Assembly: GCA_963822965.1 (NCBI GenBank)
Contig: CAWGJT010000010.1
Location: forward strand, 576,001-640,000
Direction: 5' to 3'
DNA from: an uncultured delta proteobacterium
Lineage (GTDB): Bacteria > Myxococcota_A > UBA9160 > UBA4427
Length of the DNA: 64,000 nucleotides
The position numbers and the translations under genes are program-made. The notes beneath the pieces were generated by a model that saw only the letters and a list, made by a program, of their open reading frames with translations, was not told the DNA's origin and ran no database searches. Shown here in pieces: positions 8,587 to 17,766 of the stretch (positions are counted from its first letter, which is position 1; each line of letters opens with the position of its first letter).

Positions 8587-11357
8587 CGAGCGCGCCCGCC
8601 ATCGATGCCTTCCTGGCGGAGCTCGAGGGGGAGCAGGATCTCGACGCGCAGGTCGCGCCCCTCGTGCGCCGCTACCTGGGCGTGCTGCGCGAGTACCTGA
8701 CGCGACTGCACCGCGAGTCGGGCTCCGGTCGCGTGGTGAACGAGGCGAACTCGGACGGCATGGACCGCTTGATCCGGCGGCTCTTCGTGCTGGCCGAGGA
8801 GCGCTGGATCGCCGCAGGCCACCCGGTGGAGTCCGATCTGTGCGTCGTGGCGGTCGGGGGCTACGCCCGGCGCGAGATGTCGATCCACTCGGACGTGGAT
8901 CTCCTGGTTCTCTACCGGGAGGAGCTCACGCCGTACGTGGCGCACATCGCCGAGCGCCTGCAGTACTGGCTGTGGGACGCCGGGCTCACCGTCGGCTGCG
9001 CGACCCGCACCATCGACGAGACCGTACGGCTCGGTCTCGAGGACGTCACCGTCCGGACGGCCGTGCTCACCGCGCGCTTCCTGTGCGGCGACGGCGAGTT
9101 CTTCCACGACTTCGCGGACACGATCCGCGGCGAGCTGCTGCCGGACGTGGGGGCCTTCATCGCCGAGCAGTCCGAATCCCTGCGACAGCGCCACGCCGAG
9201 TACGGCGAGAGCCTCTTCCTGCTGCAGCCGAACCTGAAGCAGGGCGCGGGCGGGCTGCGCGACTACCACACGGCCTACTGGGCGGCGCGCGGCGCGCAGC
9301 CGTCGGTGCGTGACCTCGACGACTTCCTGCACTTCGGCCTGCTCACGGAGTCGGAGATGGGCGACTACCGCGCCGCCCTCGACTTCCTGTGGCGGGTCCG
9401 CAACGAGCTGCACCTCGAGGTGAAGCGTTGCAGCGACCAGATGAGCTTCGAGCTGCAGGAGCGCATCGCCGAGGCCCTGGGCTACGGCAGCCCCGACCCC
9501 GATTCCGCCGAGCTGCCGGTGGAACGCTTCATGCGCGACTACTACCGCCACGCCCGGGTGATCCAGAACTCGTCCGAGCTCGTGATCGAGCAGTGCGCCG
9601 CCCGGGCCAGCGGCGCCTCGCGCCGGCGCCAGGTGCGCGAGGTCGCCCACGGCTTCCGGGTGGCCGGCGGTCAGCTCGAGATCCCCCACGCGTCGCTGCT
9701 GCGGGAGGATCCGATCCAGCTGCTGCGGGCCTTCCGCGTGGCCCAGCAGGAAGACGTCGCCCTCTCGCGCATGGCTCGGCGTCTGGTGCGCGAGAACCTG
9801 GACCTCGTCGACGATCGCGTGCGCAACGCGCCCGAGGCGGCTGCGGTGTTCATGGCCATCCTCGACGCCGAGCGGCGCGTGATGCGCAGCCTGATGGCGA
9901 TGAACGAGGTGGGGCTGCTGGCCGCCTATCTTCCCGAGTGGGAGCACATCGTCAACCGCTGGCAGCACGTCATCTACCACACCTACACCGTGGACGTGCA
10001 CTCGATCTTCCTCGTGGAGGAGCTGCGTCGCTTGTGGGGCGGCAAGTACCAGGTCGCGTTGCCCGAGCTGACCGAGCTGATGCGGGGCATCGACGATCGC
10101 CCGGTGCTCTTCCTGGGCTGCCTGCTGCACGACATCGGCAAGGGCTTCGGCGGAGGCCACTCTCAGAAGGGCGTCGCGCGGTCGCGCCCGTGCATCGCGC
10201 GCCTGGCTCTGGCCGAGGAGCGCCAGGAGCGGATCCTCTTCCTGGTCGAGCACCACCTGCTGATGTCGCATCTCGCGCAGCGACGAGACCTCTCGGACCC
10301 GCGCATCATCCTCGAGTTCGCGAAGGTGTGCGGCGACCGCACCAACCTGCGCAATCTCTACCTCGCGACCTTCGCAGACATCCGGGCCTCGTCACCGGAC
10401 GCCTGGACGCCCTGGAAAGGGCAGCTACTGCGCGAGCTCTTCGAGCGGACCGCCGAGTTCCTCGAGACGGGAGGCACCAACAAGGCGGACGCCATGGAGC
10501 TCATCGAGGCGCGGGTCGAGGTGCGCCGGGAGACGGCGGCCCGGGAGCTCGAGGAGCTCGGCGTCGGGCGGACGAAGATCGAGTCGTTCTTCGAGGGCAT
10601 GCCCCGGCGCTACTTCGTCTCGCACACGCCCCGACAGATCGCGCGCCACGCCCAGGTGGCGCTGCGCTTCGGAGACGGTCGGCCCTTCACCACGGCGTTC
10701 CGCGACATGCGCGGCGAGTTCACCGAGTTCATCCTGTGCACCCGGGACGTGCACGGGCTCTACTCCATGGTGGCGGGCACCCTGACCACCTGTGGGCTCA
10801 ACATCCTGGGCTCCCATGTCTACACCACGCGTTCCGGCCTGGCCCTGGAGATCTACCGGATCTCCACCCCGGAAGGAGGACACGACGAGCGACAGCTCAC
10901 GTGGCGCGAGCTGGAGGACCGCCTGCGTGCCGTGCTGGCGGGCGAGGCGGAGGTGAAGGACTGGCTGCGGAGCCGCCGGCGACCGCCGGGGGCGGCGGCG
11001 CGGCCCTCGTCGGAGCCGCCGGAGGTCGAGGTCTCGAACGACGAGTCCGACTTCTACACGATTGCGGACGTGTCGGCGGACGACCGCATCGGTCTGCTCT
11101 ACGACCTGACCCGGGCGATCGGCGAGCTGGGCTTCGAGATCTACATCTCGAAGGCGGCCACCATCCGGGACCAGGTCGCGGACACCTTCTACCTCAAGGA
11201 CCACGACGGCTCGCAGGTGCGCGATCCCGCGAAGCTCGAGCTCCTGCGCGCCAGGCTCTTCGAGGCGGCCCAGGAAGACGGGGAGGCCGGGCGCGTGGCG
11301 CCCGGGCGGGTCGAAGGCGCCGGCTCCGGAGACACGGGGGTGGGGCGACGTGCCTGA
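8583..11357 (+). CDS. glnD: [Protein-PII] uridylyltransferase/uridylyl-removing enzyme
   Basis: VAVGGYARxExxxHSDVDLL NTase motif, PNLKxGxGGLRD, YHTYTVDxH, LLHDIGKG HD domain and two C-terminal ACT domains (DRIGLLYD, DTFY). Confidence 0.97.
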   Translation: MTSAPAIDAFLAELEGEQDLDAQVAPLVRRYLGVLREYLTRLHRESGSGRVVNEANSDGMDRLIRRLFVLAEERWIAAGHPVESDLCVVAVGGYARREMSIHSDVDLLVLYREELTPYVAHIAERLQYWLWDAGLTVGCATRTIDETVRLGLEDVTVRTAVLTARFLCGDGEFFHDFADTIRGELLPDVGAFIAEQSESLRQRHAEYGESLFLLQPNLKQGAGGLRDYHTAYWAARGAQPSVRDLDDFLHFGLLTESEMGDYRAALDFLWRVRNELHLEVKRCSDQMSFELQERIAEALGYGSPDPDSAELPVERFMRDYYRHARVIQNSSELVIEQCAARASGASRRRQVREVAHGFRVAGGQLEIPHASLLREDPIQLLRAFRVAQQEDVALSRMARRLVRENLDLVDDRVRNAPEAAAVFMAILDAERRVMRSLMAMNEVGLLAAYLPEWEHIVNRWQHVIYHTYTVDVHSIFLVEELRRLWGGKYQVALPELTELMRGIDDRPVLFLGCLLHDIGKGFGGGHSQKGVARSRPCIARLALAEERQERILFLVEHHLLMSHLAQRRDLSDPRIILEFAKVCGDRTNLRNLYLATFADIRASSPDAWTPWKGQLLRELFERTAEFLETGGTNKADAMELIEARVEVRRETAARELEELGVGRTKIESFFEGMPRRYFVSHTPRQIARHAQVALRFGDGRPFTTAFRDMRGEFTEFILCTRDVHGLYSMVAGTLTTCGLNILGSHVYTTRSGLALEIYRISTPEGGHDERQLTWRELEDRLRAVLAGEAEVKDWLRSRRRPPGAAARPSSEPPEVEVSNDESDFYTIADVSADDRIGLLYDLTRAIGELGFEIYISKAATIRDQVADTFYLKDHDGSQVRDPAKLELLRARLFEAAQEDGEAGRVAPGRVEGAGSGDTGVGRRA

Positions 11358-12312
11358 CCCGGACGCCGAGCTCTCGGCCGTGGTCGACGCCTTTCTGGGT
11401 CACGCGAGCGTGGAGCGGGGCCTGGCGCGCAACACCATCGAGGCCTACGCGCGAGATCTCGCCGGCTTCGCGGGCTTCCTGGCGGAGCTCGGGGTGACAC
11501 ACCTGGCGGATCTGCAGCGAGAGCACGTCTCGGCGTTCGTGCGCGAGCTCGAGCATCAGGGGCAGGGCGCCCGCAGCCGAACCCGCGCCCTGGTCGCGGT
11601 GCGTCGCATGCTGCTGTACGCGACGACCGAGAAGTTGCTGGACCGCGACCCGCTGCTCGGGATCGAGAGCCCCACCGTGCGCCCGCCACTGCCGCGCACT
11701 GTCCGGCCCGAAGAGACCGACGCTCTGCTGTCGGCGGCTGATCCCGGGACGCCCCTGGGTCTGCGGGACCGCGCCATGCTCGAGGTGCTGTACGGGGCGG
11801 GGCTGCGGGTGAGCGAGCTGGTGGGCCTGCCGCTCTCCGGGCTGGACGCGCGCGCCGGCCTGCTGCGGGTGACCGGCAAGGGCGGCAAGGAGCGCGTCGT
11901 ACCCCTGGGCGAGACGGCTCTGGCGGCGGTCGATCGCTACCTGAGCGAAGCCCGGGACACGCTCCTGGGCCAGCGCACGGACGAGACCCACGCGCTCTTC
12001 CTGACCCGCCGCGGCCGCCCGATGACGCGGCAGAACTTCTTCGCGCTGCTCCGGAAGCTGGCGGTCCGCGCCGGCATCCCGGCGGAGCGCGTCTCGCCCC
12101 ACGTCCTGCGGCACGCGTTCGCGACGGACCTGCTCGACGGCGGGGCCGACCTGCGCTCCATCCAGGCCATGCTGGGACACGCCGACCTCTCCACCACCCA
12201 GGTCTACACCCACGTCAGCCGTTCGCGGCTGCGGGAGACCGTGGAGGCGCGTCATCCGCGCGGGGGAGGCCGTCGGCGGGGCGGCGCCCGATCCCCGGGC
12301 GGTGGGCGGTGA
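11350..12312 (+). CDS. xerD: Tyrosine recombinase XerD
   Basis: ERGLARNTIEAYARDL, RDRAMLEVLYGAGLRVSELV, GKGGKERVVP, SPHVLRHAFAT, LGHADLSTTQVYTH. Confidence 0.92.
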   Translation: MPDPDAELSAVVDAFLGHASVERGLARNTIEAYARDLAGFAGFLAELGVTHLADLQREHVSAFVRELEHQGQGARSRTRALVAVRRMLLYATTEKLLDRDPLLGIESPTVRPPLPRTVRPEETDALLSAADPGTPLGLRDRAMLEVLYGAGLRVSELVGLPLSGLDARAGLLRVTGKGGKERVVPLGETALAAVDRYLSEARDTLLGQRTDETHALFLTRRGRPMTRQNFFALLRKLAVRAGIPAERVSPHVLRHAFATDLLDGGADLRSIQAMLGHADLSTTQVYTHVSRSRLRETVEARHPRGGGRRRGGARSPGGGR

Positions 12313-12361
12313 CGGAGCACGCCCGGGAGGAGCTCTCGCGGCGCCACCGTGAGGGCGGCCG

Positions 12362-13690
12362 TTGAGGCTCGCGCGGGATCACGTGCTGGGGGCCCTGCCG
12401 CCCGAGAGCCTGCGGCTGGTGGAGGCGCTCGTCGCGCGCGCGCGGCGGGAACGGGTCGCGATCCACCTCGTGGGCGGTCCCGTTCGCGATCTGCTCCTCG
12501 AGCGTCCCATCCGCGACGTCGACCTGGTGGTGGAGCCGCGCGCGTCCTTCGGCGCCGAGGAGCTGGCGCGCGCCGCCGCGCCGCGGGATGCCCGGGTCGA
12601 GGTGTACGATCGCTTCGGCACGGTCCGGGTCTCCCACGGCGAGGCGAGCGCCGACCTCGCCACCGCGCGTCGCGAGCGCTACGTGCGGCCGGGAGCGCTG
12701 CCCCGGGTGGAGCCCGGGTCCCTGGAAGCGGACCTCCGGCGGCGCGACTTCTCGGTGAACGCGCTGGCGCTGACCTTGACCCCGCGCGACGACGCCTTCC
12801 CTCTGGTCGATCCCGTCGGCGGCTACGACGATCTGGCGAAGCGCGCGTTGCGCATCCTGCACGACCGATCCTTCCACGACGACCCCACCCGGGCGCTGCG
12901 GGCGGCGCGTCTGGCGCCCCGCCTCGGGTTCCATCTGTCGCGCGGCTCGCGGGCGGCGCTGCGCGCGTGCCTGCGGGACGGCGCCGTCGGCGCCGTCAGC
13001 GGAGACCGCCTCCGCCGGGAGCTCGAGAAGCTGTTCGACGACGCCGCCCGGGATCTCGACCCCGCGCTCGCGTTGCGTTGTCTCGACGAGTGGCACGTGC
13101 TGGCGGCGCTCGAGCCGGGGCTCGGGCTGGCGCGCGAGTCGTTGGCGCCCATCCGCCGGCTGGGGCGGGCACTGGCGTCGCCCCCCTGGCGCGGCCCGCG
13201 CATCCGGGGCTGGGTGGCGGGTCTCGCGGTCTGGCTCTCTCCGCTGTCGCGGGCGATCCGGGCAGCGACCCTCGAGCGCCTCTCGGTTCGCGGCGAGCTC
13301 GTCGAGCGGCTGACGGCCTTTCCCGCCCGGGTGCTGCCCCTGCTCGAGCCGTTGTCGACGTCCCGCGGCCGTGGGGCCGTGGACGCGCTGCTCGCGCCGA
13401 TCGACGAGGAGGCGCTCTATGCGCTGTATGCGTGCGCCAACGTGTCCGTCCGGCGCCGGATCGTCCGCTGGGCCGCGGAGGACCGCACGCGCAGGCCGCC
13501 GGTGAGCGGCAGCGACCTCACGGGCATCGGGATCGGGGGGCCGGCGGTGGGGCTCGCCCTGGCCCACATCCGGCGCGCGTTTCTCGACGGCGCCGTCGCG
13601 AATCGGGAGGAGGCGCTGGCCCTGGCTCGGGAGGTTTCCCGCCAGCCCCAGCGAGCGGCCCGGGGACCGCGCAAGCGCCGTTCCTCGTAG
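12362..13690 (+). CDS. Class II tRNA nucleotidyltransferase (A-adding or Thermotoga-like CCA type), no HD domain
   Basis: LVGGPVRDLLL..DVDLVV, FGT, DLATARRERYxxPGALPxV, DLRRRDFSVNA, LRILHxxSFxDDPTRxxR. The TTG start is uncertain. Confidence 0.88.
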   Translation: MRLARDHVLGALPPESLRLVEALVARARRERVAIHLVGGPVRDLLLERPIRDVDLVVEPRASFGAEELARAAAPRDARVEVYDRFGTVRVSHGEASADLATARRERYVRPGALPRVEPGSLEADLRRRDFSVNALALTLTPRDDAFPLVDPVGGYDDLAKRALRILHDRSFHDDPTRALRAARLAPRLGFHLSRGSRAALRACLRDGAVGAVSGDRLRRELEKLFDDAARDLDPALALRCLDEWHVLAALEPGLGLARESLAPIRRLGRALASPPWRGPRIRGWVAGLAVWLSPLSRAIRAATLERLSVRGELVERLTAFPARVLPLLEPLSTSRGRGAVDALLAPIDEEALYALYACANVSVRRRIVRWAAEDRTRRPPVSGSDLTGIGIGGPAVGLALAHIRRAFLDGAVANREEALALAREVSRQPQRAARGPRKRRSS

Positions 13691-13693
13691 CCG

Positions 13694-13716
13694 AGGGAGC
13701 CCCTCGGGCTCCCTTT
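13694..13716 (+). terminator. Hairpin, putative intrinsic terminator
   Basis: AGGGAGCCC-CTC-GGGCTCCCT is a perfect 9-bp stem right after the stop at 13690, followed by only a short T tract. Confidence 0.55.
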
Positions 13717-13879
13717 GCGGCGGAACCGCGACTCGAGACTTCGTCTTGGGTCGCGCTCCTGGGCGCGCGAGTGGCAGCGCGGGGGTCGATCTTCCATACT
13801 GGCCGCTGCCGTCCCCCCCTTGTCAGCTCGATGGATTCCTGTGCCCGGCCGCCTGCGGACGGGCGGGGCGGAGCGCGCG

Positions 13880-14773
13880 ATGAGCTTGCAGGACATCGAC
13901 TCGTACCGCGCCGAGGGTGACGGATTCGCCTCCGAAGGCGACGGCTTCGCCTCCGAGGGCGAGGGATATGCGGTCAAGCTGCCCGTCTTCGAGGGGCCCC
14001 TCGACCTGCTCCTGCACCTGATCCGCCAGAACGAGGTGGAGATCACCGAGATCCCCATCGCCGAGATCAGCGCGCAGTACCTCCAGTACCTGCACCTGAT
14101 GCGCGAGCTCAATCTCGACGTCGCCGGCGAGTACCTCGTGATGGCCGCCACCCTCGCGCTCATCAAGTCGCGCATGCTGCTGCCGACGGTGGGCGAGGAG
14201 GAGGAGGGTGAAGGCGTCGATCCGCGCGCCGAGCTGATCGCCCGTCTCCTCGAGTACGAGCGCTACAAGGAGGTCGCCGAGGCCCTCTCGCAGCGCCGTC
14301 TGCTCGGTCGGGACGTCTACGCGGCGCGCGCCGCGGGCCTCGAGCCCGTGTCCGACGCCGATCGGGAGATCGAGGTCGGCCTCTTCGAGCTGATCGACGC
14401 CTTCCGGGTCGTGCTCGCGAACGCCACGACCGGAGAGGCCCACGAGGTGGAGGCCGAGGCGGTCTCCGTGCGCGACCGCATGCTCTTCGTGATGGAGCGC
14501 CTCGAGCTCGCCGACTCCCTGGAGTTCAACGACATCTTCGAGAGCGAGGGCGGCGGGCTTCCGGGACGTCCGCTCATCATCGCCACCTTCCTGGCGATCC
14601 TCGAGCTCGCGCGCCTCTGGGCCATCCACATCTACCAGGGCGTCGGTGAGGACGGCGCGCCCGAAGGTCCGATCCGCCTGCGCCAGCGCGACCTGGGCGA
14701 CCTGGGCGACACCAGCGAGGGCGATCGGGACGGCACCCGGCCCTGGCGCGAACGCATTTCCGAGCTGATGTGA
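13880..14773 (+). CDS. scpA: Segregation and condensation protein A
   Basis: FEGPLDLLLHLI, AGEYLVMAATLALIKSRMLLP, DPRAELIARLLEY, TFLAILEL. Confidence 0.96.
   Translation: MSLQDIDSYRAEGDGFASEGDGFASEGEGYAVKLPVFEGPLDLLLHLIRQNEVEITEIPIAEISAQYLQYLHLMRELNLDVAGEYLVMAATLALIKSRMLLPTVGEEEEGEGVDPRAELIARLLEYERYKEVAEALSQRRLLGRDVYAARAAGLEPVSDADREIEVGLFELIDAFRVVLANATTGEAHEVEAEAVSVRDRMLFVMERLELADSLEFNDIFESEGGGLPGRPLIIATFLAILELARLWAIHIYQGVGEDGAPEGPIRLRQRDLGDLGDTSEGDRDGTRPWRERISELM
13911..13973 (+). repeat. In-frame 21-bp tandem repeat (3 degenerate copies) in the scpA N-terminus
   Basis: ccgagggtgacggattcgcct / ccgaaggcgacggcttcgcct / ccgagggcgagggatatgcgg, encoding EGDGFAS-EGDGFAS-EGEGYAV. Confidence 0.85.
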
Positions 14774-15537
14774 GGGGCAGCATGGATCGAAACGAGCAGC
14801 GCAGAGTCGTCGAGGCCCTGATCCTGGCGTCGCCGGAGCCCATCTCCGCGGCGCGTCTCGCGGAGATCGTGCCCGGCTGCAAGCCCGGGGACGCCAAGGA
14901 TCTCGTGAACGAGCTGAACACCCAGTACCAGGAGCAGGACCGCTCCTTCGAGGTGTGGGAGGTGGCGGGCGGCTACCAGATCCGCACCCGGGCCGAGTTC
15001 TCGGGCTATCTACAGCAGCTGCAGAAGCATCGACCCCTGCGCCTCTCTCGCGCCGCCCTGGACACCCTCTCGATCGTCGCCTACAAGCAGCCCGCCACCC
15101 GCGCGGAGATCGAGGAGATCCGCGGCGTGGACGCCGGCGCCGTCCTCAAGGGACTGCTCGACCGCCGTCTGGTCCGCATCGCCGGCCAGCGCGAGGTGCC
15201 CGGCCGGCCCATGCTCTACGGCACCACGCGCCGCTTCCTCGAGGTGTTCGGGCTGGATTCGCTGAAGGCCCTGCCCAATCTGCGCGAGCTGAAGGACCTG
15301 GCAGACCAGCGCGGCGTGGCCGCCGCCGAAGGCGACGCCGCCGAGGAGTCGGACGACGCGGCGAGCGGCGGCGAGGAGGTCGCCCGCGCGGACGAGGCCG
15401 CGCCGGACGACGATTGGGAGGACGGCAGCGAGCCCGCCATCGGCGCCGAGGAGGAGTCCGAGGACGCTCCCGCGGCCGAGACGAACCTCGACGACTGGGA
15501 GCCCCCGGAGATCGTGGAGCCCGATCCCGAGCGCTGA
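14770..15537 (+). CDS. scpB: Segregation and condensation protein B
   Basis: VEALILAS, VAGGYQIRT, LSRAALDTLSIVAYKQPATRAEIEEIRGV, GRPxLYGTTxxFLxxFGL and a long acidic tail. The start may be ATG 14782. Confidence 0.96.
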   Translation: MRGSMDRNEQRRVVEALILASPEPISAARLAEIVPGCKPGDAKDLVNELNTQYQEQDRSFEVWEVAGGYQIRTRAEFSGYLQQLQKHRPLRLSRAALDTLSIVAYKQPATRAEIEEIRGVDAGAVLKGLLDRRLVRIAGQREVPGRPMLYGTTRRFLEVFGLDSLKALPNLRELKDLADQRGVAAAEGDAAEESDDAASGGEEVARADEAAPDDDWEDGSEPAIGAEEESEDAPAAETNLDDWEPPEIVEPDPER

Positions 15538-15614
15538 CGGGGTACCACGACCCGGGTTCTTTGGCGTCGGTGCGTTTCGGGTCCCGGCGCGTTTTCGACG
15601 GGAGGAGCGGCACG

Positions 15615-16589
15615 GTGAGGAAGAACTTCTCGATGGGGGCTCGGAGCCGACGCTCCGGATCACGGCGAGGCGGGCTGGTCTGGATGTGCCTGTTCGGCTG
15701 CGCCCTGGCCGCTCCGGCCGCTCCGGCCGCTCGGGCCGAGTCGCCTCCGGCCGCTCGGGCGCAATCGGCGGCCTCCGACGACGACCTGGGCGCGGTCGGC
15801 AACAAGCTCGCCAATCCCCTCAGCGACCTGTGGGTCCTCTCGTCGAGCATCAACGCGCCCCAGTTCTTCGACGGCGACCTCAACACCGGCGATCCCGAGG
15901 TCGGGGGCGTGATGGTCTTCCAACCCGTCATGCCCATCCCCCTGGTTGGACAGGGCGAGAACCAGTGGCGGATGATCACACGCCCGGTCGTTCCGTTCGT
16001 GTTCAGCAAGCCCAGTCCCAAGGGCCCCAACGACTTCAGTCACCACGGCGGAATCGGGGACATCCAGGTGCCCTTCCTGCTGACCCCTTCCGACCGGATT
16101 GCCGGGCACTTCATCCTCGGTGGAGGACCGATCTTCCAGCTTCCCTCCGCGACGGCCAATCATCTGGGCCAGAACCAGTGGGCCATGGGCCCGGCGGTGG
16201 TGGTGGGTTACAAGACCGAGAACGCGACGTTCGGCGTCTTCCCGAACTACTTCTGGAAGATCGGATCGGCCGGCCAGGGCGCGACGCCCAACGTCTCTCA
16301 GCTGAGCCTGCTGTACTTCTTCAACTACAAGCTGCCGGAGGCCTGGCAGATCGGGTTCAATCCGACGGTCACGTACAACGACAAGGCGCCGTCGGGAAAC
16401 AAGTGGAACGTGCCCGTCGGGCTCTACGTGGGCAGGACCATCCGCGTGGGCCGGCTGCCGGTCAACATCAAGGTCGGCGGCGAGTACTCGGTCGTCAGCG
16501 AGGATCTGTTCGGCCAGCGCTTCCAGCTCCGGTTCCAGATCACGCCGGTGATTCCGTCCCTGATCCGGAATCCCCTCCTCGGCGGATAG
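15615..16589 (+). CDS. Putative outer-membrane beta-barrel protein (family often mis-annotated 'neuromedin U')
   Basis: GGAGGAG RBS before a GTG, signal peptide, KLANPLSDL, FQPVMP, GxGDI, PSATxxxLG.xxW.xGP and amphipathic aromatic-rich beta strands. Confidence 0.7.
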   Translation: MRKNFSMGARSRRSGSRRGGLVWMCLFGCALAAPAAPAARAESPPAARAQSAASDDDLGAVGNKLANPLSDLWVLSSSINAPQFFDGDLNTGDPEVGGVMVFQPVMPIPLVGQGENQWRMITRPVVPFVFSKPSPKGPNDFSHHGGIGDIQVPFLLTPSDRIAGHFILGGGPIFQLPSATANHLGQNQWAMGPAVVVGYKTENATFGVFPNYFWKIGSAGQGATPNVSQLSLLYFFNYKLPEAWQIGFNPTVTYNDKAPSGNKWNVPVGLYVGRTIRVGRLPVNIKVGGEYSVVSEDLFGQRFQLRFQITPVIPSLIRNPLLGG

Positions 16590-16647
16590 GGATCCGGGGG
16601 TCCGAAGGCCGCTCCCGGGACCGGCCCGGGGCAGCATTGGGAGTCGT

Positions 16648-16674
16648 GCCCTGATCCGCATGACGGATCAGGGC
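16648..16674. repeat. Perfect 11-bp inverted repeat upstream of rluB (terminator or regulatory hairpin)
   Basis: GCCCTGATCCG-CATGA-CGGATCAGGGC. Confidence 0.7.
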
Positions 16675-16688
16675 TAGCATGCGTCCCC

Positions 16689-17585
16689 ATGCCCCACGGT
16701 CGATCTCCCCACCACCAGCGGGCCGCGAAGCCCCGCGCGCACGCGCCGGACCCCCGGCCCGCGTCCCCGTTCGCTGGCGGCGGTCCGGTGCGGCTGCAGA
16801 AGCTGCTCGCGGCGGCCGGGCTCGGGTCGCGCCGCGGGGCCGAGGAGATCCTGCGGGCGGGCCGGGTCACGGTGAACGGGCGCGTGGCCGGCCTGGGCGA
16901 CTCGGCGGATCCGACGAGCGACGTCGTGGCGGTGGACGGCGAGCGCCTGGCCCGGGAGCCCCTCGCCTACTGGATGGCCCACAAGCCCGCCGGCGTGGTG
17001 ACCACGGTGCGCGATCCCCAGGAGCGCCCGACGGTGCTGCAGATGCTGCCGAAGGGGGTCCCCCAGCTGCACCCGGTCGGGCGTCTCGACTACGAGAGCA
17101 CCGGCCTCGTGCTGCTCACCAACGACGGGGCGCTGACCCACGCGCTGCTGCACCCGTCCCTGGGAAGCGAGCGCGAGTACGAGGTCACCGTGCGCGGCGA
17201 GCTGGACGCGCGCGCCCAGCGGGCCCTCGAACGGGGCGTGGTGCTCGAGGAGGGTCGCACGGCGCCGGCCCGGGTGGCGCGCGTGCGCTTCGACCCGACC
17301 GCGAACACGACGACCTTCTCGCTCACCCTGGTGGAGGGGCGCAACCGGCAGATCCGGCGCAGCCTGCTCACCCTGGGGCGACCCGTGAAGCGCCTGGTGC
17401 GGATCCGCATGGGGCCGCTGCGGCTCGGCGGCCTCGCGCGCGGTGAGGTGCGGCGTCTGCGACCCGAGGAGATCCGATCGCTGCGGGAGCACGCCCAGAG
17501 GCTGCTCGAAGGCAAGCCGCGGCGGGGCGGGCGGCGGCGGGTGGGTCCGAAGCGGCGGGCCGGCGCGCGCGAGCCCGGAGCCTGA
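16689..17585 (+). CDS. rluB: rRNA pseudouridine synthase, RsuA/RluB family
   Basis: S4 domain RLQKLLAAAGLGSRR, HKPAG, catalytic VGRLD, GLVLLTNDG and EGRNRQIRR. Synteny with scpAB. Confidence 0.9.
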   Translation: MPHGRSPHHQRAAKPRAHAPDPRPASPFAGGGPVRLQKLLAAAGLGSRRGAEEILRAGRVTVNGRVAGLGDSADPTSDVVAVDGERLAREPLAYWMAHKPAGVVTTVRDPQERPTVLQMLPKGVPQLHPVGRLDYESTGLVLLTNDGALTHALLHPSLGSEREYEVTVRGELDARAQRALERGVVLEEGRTAPARVARVRFDPTANTTTFSLTLVEGRNRQIRRSLLTLGRPVKRLVRIRMGPLRLGGLARGEVRRLRPEEIRSLREHAQRLLEGKPRRGGRRRVGPKRRAGAREPGA

Positions 17586-17603
17586 ACCGGCGGAGCACCC
17601 GGC

Positions 17604-17690
17604 TCAGCGCGAGACCAGGGGCAGCAGCAGCTGGAAGGCGAGCCACAGCCCGATCAGGAAGCCCACTCCCTTTCTCCAGTCCTGGCTCAT
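17604..17690 (-). CDS. Small single-TM protein, 28 aa (MSQDWRKGVGFLIGLWLAFQLLLPLVSR); not in the supplied ORF track
   Basis: ATG at 17690 preceded by GGAAACAGCC, a hydrophobic core and a stop at 17604-17606. An in-frame upstream ATG at 17720 would give 38 aa. Confidence 0.5.
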   Translation of the reverse strand: MSQDWRKGVGFLIGLWLAFQLLLPLVSR

Positions 17691-17766
17691 GGCTGTTTCC
17701 AGCCGCGGCTCTTTTTTCATGGCTGTTTCCAATCGCGGCTCATGGCTGTTTCCAATCGCGGCTCAC
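17684..17766 (-). repeat. Tandem repeat of about 23 bp (3 copies of GGAAACAGCCATG) containing an RBS-like sequence and start codon
   Basis: On the + strand, CATGGCTGTTTCCA occurs at 17688, 17718 and 17741 (spacings 30 and 23 nt). Confidence 0.9.

Noticed and set aside
4819..11357. Apparent giant ORFs 4819-8586 and 7818-11357 (and similarly 451-2997, 20045-23002, 39877-42702, 43489-45918)
   Set aside because: Only the C-terminal parts are real genes, starting at stop/start overlaps. The upstream parts are off-frame readings of the previous gene, not fusions.
11350..12312. Tyrosine recombinase as a prophage or island integrase
   Set aside because: It has XerD-type length and motifs in a housekeeping operon, with no att repeats, tRNA or phage genes.
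17684..17766. Repeats as a mini CRISPR array or as lacZ/M13 vector contamination (resembles CAGGAAACAGCTATG)
   Set aside because: There are no unique spacers of CRISPR length and no cas genes. The match to the vector is short and imperfect, with no flanking vector sequence.
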